From positions 1 to 64,000 of the forward strand of contig JAOPTT010000005.1 in the NCBI GenBank assembly GCA_051531975.1: a stretch of DNA of 64,000 bases, written 5' to 3'. How positions within the stretch are numbered: position 1 is the first letter of the stretch; the number at the start of each line of letters is the position of its first letter. Shown one piece after another: positions 60,544 to 64,000 of this stretch. The translations under genes and the position numbers were made by a program. Below the pieces are notes generated by a model that saw nothing but the letters and a program-made list of their open reading frames with translations, was not told the DNA's origin and ran no database searches. This stretch comes from Spirochaetaceae bacterium (GTDB taxonomy: Bacteria; Spirochaetota; Spirochaetia; DSM-2461).

Positions 60544-63500
60544 ATGTCTGAGAAAACTACATTACTTGAATCAATTAAGGCTCTAGAATCTCAGCGTGTT
60601 ATTCTTGGTGATCTTGTTGTCGATACAGCTGTAGGTCCACTTAAAAAGAGATTAGAAAAACTCGACTCTGAAGCAAATTCCAAAGTAGAACGAAAATATG
60701 CCACTGTTCTCTTTGCAGATGTTGTTAACTTTACAGCCATGAGTGAGACTATGGATGCAGAAGAAGTTAATGAAACTATCAATGAACTTTGGTCTTATCT
60801 TGATAAAATTATTATTGATCATGGTGGATTTGTCGACAAACATATTGGCGATGCAATTATGGCTCTATTTGGTGCTAAACAGAGCAACGAAAATGATCCC
60901 TCACAGGCTATAAAAGCCGCACTTGGAATGCAGGAAATCATGTTGGATCTGCCTATTAATAAAAGATTAAAAAAACCACTGAAGTTACGAATTGGTATAA
61001 ATACAGGCTCTTTAATTCTTTCCAATGTAGGTTCTAATAACGAATTTACTGCCATGGGAGATACGGTCAACGTTGCAAGCCGGCTGGAACATTCCGCACC
61101 AATTGGTGGTGTACTTATTTCTGATGAAACATTTGTTCATATCAGGAATTTTTATGAAACTGAAAAACAAGATCTTCTTAATGTTAAAGGGAAAAAAGAA
61201 CCAGTACAGACGTATAAGATAATTAATACGAAAGAGAGAGAATTCTATCAAACAAATAGAGGATTAAAAGGCATAGAACAAAAATTTGTAGGACGTGAAG
61301 AGCTCCTAAAAGAATTAAATAATTCTCTAACTATGTGCCAAAATAATAACATTCTAAGTTTTTCCTTAATTTCTGGTGAAGCTGGTGCTGGAAAAACAAG
61401 GCTTATGAAAGAGTTTTCAACTCGGTTCGTATCTAAATCAAATAGTCAAGTTTTATTCTGTAGGACTATGGAGTATGAAAAAAACCAACCTTTCTCTTTT
61501 ATTAGAAATATTTTAAGAAACTTATTTGAAATTCTTGAAAGTGATTCATCAGGAGTTGCTACCAAAAAAGTTGAACAGGGCTTTATTTCAGTTTTAGGTG
61601 AAGGAGGGATTGAAAAATCTCATTTTGTAGGGTTTTTAGCTGGATATGATTTTTCCCAAAGTCCATATCTTGAGGGAATTATTGATGACCCCAAACAGAT
61701 TCACGATATAGCCATCCACTACTTTATCTTGTTAATTAAATCTTTCTCTTCGGCAATAATATTTCTTGATGATATTCACTGGTTTGATGAGAAGTCTTTA
61801 TGGTTATTAGAATATATTATTGAACAGTGTAAAGATAGACCTCTCTATATTCTGGGATGTGTACGATCCAGTTTTCTTGAGAAGAAAACATTTTTAGATA
61901 GTTCAAAAGAATATATTAAAAATATACATCTTAAAAACCTGAATAAGGTTGATAGCAAAAAGTTAATACAAAATTTATTAAATAAGAAGGAAATTACAGA
62001 AGATCTTTTTTCTATATTATATACAAAATCACAGGGGAATCCATTCTATCTTGAAGAGTTAACAGGAAGACTCATGGAATTAAATATAATTGTTTATTCA
62101 GAAGGGGAAGTTGTAGTTCATCTAGATAAATTAGCTAATATTGATCTTCCGCCAACACTACATGGTTTATTACAATCCAAAGTAGAGAGTCTTACAAAAA
62201 ATGAGATTGATATATTACAAAAATCGTCAATTCTAGGTAATAATTTTTGGAATAAGGCATTATTAGAACTATCAGATAAATCAATAGCCCAGGATTTTAT
62301 AGATCAAAGCCTTATTTCATTGGATAATAAATCAATTTTAGAAAAAAACATCAGTTCTTCTTTTTTAGGAGCAAATGAATACATCTTTATTCAAAAACTT
62401 TTGAAAGATGTAGTTTATGAAAGAGTTCTTATAAAAGATAGAAAAAAATATCATTTAATGGCAGCTAAATGGCTTATAGACCAATGTGAAGGAAGAGAAT
62501 ATGAATATGCTTCTATAATAGCCAGGCACTTGGAGCTAAGTAAAGATAATTCTGCTATTAGATGGTTTATAAAAGCAGGAGAAGCATCTTTTAAGGTTAT
62601 GGCCTTGGACGAGGCGTATTTAAATTTTATTAAAGCAGATAAACTAAATATAGATCTAGAAGATACTAATTTACAAATAATTATTGCTTATAATTTGGGT
62701 AGAATTTATCAATTAAAATTTGAATTTAAGAAATCTCTTTCCCAATTTGAATCCATGGGCCACATTGCCCAAGAAATTAATAATCCATCTTATGAAATTG
62801 AGGCATTTTATTACATTGTCAGATTATATTCTGATATGGGGGAATTCCAAAAAATCCTAGAAATGTCCACAAGAATAGATACATTAGTAGAAACAAGTAT
62901 ATTACCAATTGATAAAATGCGTGTATTTATTAGTTATGCCAAGGCTCATTTTAGATTAGGTGACATAGACAAAAGTTTTGTATTTTGTACAAAGGTAATT
63001 GATTTGGCAATAAAAAACAGTGATTTAAAAATGGAATCAGAAGCATGTGGACTTAGTGGTATGTGTTCAAATATTCAAGGGCATTCTGATAAAGCTATTG
63101 AGTATTTAAATCGAGCCATTGTTATTGAAGATAAATTAGGGAACCGTGAGCGATTAATGGCTGTTCAAGGAAATATGGCTCTTACACAATATTATATGAA
63201 TAAAAATAATTTACAGCCTGTTATTTCTACATTCTTAAATATTATTAAAACAGCACAAGATATTGGATTTAAGAGTAGTGAATTAGCGTCTTATAGCAAT
63301 TTAGCTGAATTTTATCTTGAAAAAGGTGAGCTTAAAAAAGCGGAAAACAGCTGTGAAATTGTTATTAAGGGGGTAGATCAAAATCTAACTTTTTTTATTC
63401 CTGATACGTATCGAATACTTTCTATTACTTTATTAAATCAGAAACGTGTTGGTGAAGCTATAATAGCAATAAAAAAAGCAAAAGATCTTGCATTGAAGCA

Positions 63501-63819
63501 AGGCAATATTGAATATCTTGCTCTAATTTGGAGAGTCTTTGCTGAAATTGGAATATTTTTATTAGATGAAAACTTAAACAATGAATTTAAAGAAGAATAT
63601 ACAATAGAAAAAAGCTTTAAACTAAGCCTTCAAGAGTTTAAAAAGATTTCTCATCCAGTAGAACAGTTTAAAACATTAATTGGTTGGTCTAGATACGAGA
63701 GACAATATGGTGATATGGAAAAAGCCAATCAGCTTTGGAATGAAACAAAAGATATCTGTATTGAGTTTAAACTTGAAGACAGATTAATTGAAATGGAAAA
63801 GGAAAAAAAGAGGCACTAG
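60544..63819 (+). CDS. Class III adenylate/guanylate cyclase + STAND AAA ATPase + TPR protein
   Basis: LFADVVNFT, DKHIGD, FTAMGDTVNVASRLE; Walker A GEAGAGKT; Walker B IFLDDIHW; GNPFYLEE; C-terminal TPR-like helices. Confidence 0.93.
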   Translation: MSEKTTLLESIKALESQRVILGDLVVDTAVGPLKKRLEKLDSEANSKVERKYATVLFADVVNFTAMSETMDAEEVNETINELWSYLDKIIIDHGGFVDKHIGDAIMALFGAKQSNENDPSQAIKAALGMQEIMLDLPINKRLKKPLKLRIGINTGSLILSNVGSNNEFTAMGDTVNVASRLEHSAPIGGVLISDETFVHIRNFYETEKQDLLNVKGKKEPVQTYKIINTKEREFYQTNRGLKGIEQKFVGREELLKELNNSLTMCQNNNILSFSLISGEAGAGKTRLMKEFSTRFVSKSNSQVLFCRTMEYEKNQPFSFIRNILRNLFEILESDSSGVATKKVEQGFISVLGEGGIEKSHFVGFLAGYDFSQSPYLEGIIDDPKQIHDIAIHYFILLIKSFSSAIIFLDDIHWFDEKSLWLLEYIIEQCKDRPLYILGCVRSSFLEKKTFLDSSKEYIKNIHLKNLNKVDSKKLIQNLLNKKEITEDLFSILYTKSQGNPFYLEELTGRLMELNIIVYSEGEVVVHLDKLANIDLPPTLHGLLQSKVESLTKNEIDILQKSSILGNNFWNKALLELSDKSIAQDFIDQSLISLDNKSILEKNISSSFLGANEYIFIQKLLKDVVYERVLIKDRKKYHLMAAKWLIDQCEGREYEYASIIARHLELSKDNSAIRWFIKAGEASFKVMALDEAYLNFIKADKLNIDLEDTNLQIIIAYNLGRIYQLKFEFKKSLSQFESMGHIAQEINNPSYEIEAFYYIVRLYSDMGEFQKILEMSTRIDTLVETSILPIDKMRVFISYAKAHFRLGDIDKSFVFCTKVIDLAIKNSDLKMESEACGLSGMCSNIQGHSDKAIEYLNRAIVIEDKLGNRERLMAVQGNMALTQYYMNKNNLQPVISTFLNIIKTAQDIGFKSSELASYSNLAEFYLEKGELKKAENSCEIVIKGVDQNLTFFIPDTYRILSITLLNQKRVGEAIIAIKKAKDLALKQGNIEYLALIWRVFAEIGIFLLDENLNNEFKEEYTIEKSFKLSLQEFKKISHPVEQFKTLIGWSRYERQYGDMEKANQLWNETKDICIEFKLEDRLIEMEKEKKRH

Positions 63820-63913
63820 TTCTCTATTGTTAAAATTGATACTTTGGAATTAAATCAGTTTACTAAACCAAATTATGATAATATCATAAGAATCTCCAAT
63901 AAATATTTTTATA

Positions 63914-64000
63914 TTACTGTGTGTGTATCTTCAAATAGTTCCTAGGTGATTTACCGAAGTTTTTTTTGAATACTCTGGAGAAGTAGTTATAATCATTAAA
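63914..64000 (-). CDS. C-terminal end of an AraC-family regulator (partial; starts beyond window)
   Basis: Minus strand reads FNDYNYFSRVFKKNFGKSPRNYLKIHTQ*. Confidence 0.85.
   Translation of the reverse strand, partial: FNDYNYFSRVFKKNFGKSPRNYLKIHTQ

Noticed and set aside
174..61251. Many short antisense or out-of-frame ORFs in the track (e.g. 174-515, 1659-2153, 29202-29564, 42088-42519, 43278-43721)
   Set aside because: They lie within well-supported genes and have no recognisable motifs; shadow ORFs
1..64000. tRNA, rRNA, integrase or transposase genes
   Set aside because: None recognised by eye; tRNAscan-SE and ISEScan would confirm

Overview
AT-rich chromosomal segment from an anaerobic bacterium, probably a free-living spirochaete (inferred from the 'ANGQKE/ATGQKE'-type solute-binding-protein leaders). 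Left (1-17.2 kb): the 3' part of adhE, immediately followed by an hfs-type operon (two thioredoxin-like 2Fe-2S proteins, a PAS-containing sensory [FeFe]-hydrogenase, a SpoIIE phosphatase and a monomeric [FeFe]-hydrogenase). Next come accessory genes, one of them a VOC gene with integron-cassette-like ends, then a DUF5058/membrane protein/M20 peptidase operon and a GH2-GPH permease-AraC unit. Middle (about 17.5-49.1 kb): a more GC-rich carbohydrate-utilisation island. It has two ABC systems, a YesM/YesN-like two-component system, AraC regulators, two sulfatases, GH105/88, DUF1961, SGNH and CE7 esterases, two UroD-fold proteins, RhaM, and several unclassified large enzymes. Three of its operons share a conserved promoter/operator motif, and at least eight of its genes carry lesions (nonsense, frameshift, internal deletion, lost start codon). 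Right (49-64 kb): SDR, metallophosphoesterase, NagD-like HAD, AraC-ThuA-Gfo/Idh/MocA, an MNT-HEPN toxin-antitoxin pair, thrC-apgM, and a cyclase-STAND-TPR protein. The last three units are separated by co-oriented degenerate 3' fragments of an MmcQ/YjbR-family gene, which suggests a repeated-integration hotspot. No rRNA, tRNA, CRISPR array, integrase or transposase was recognised.
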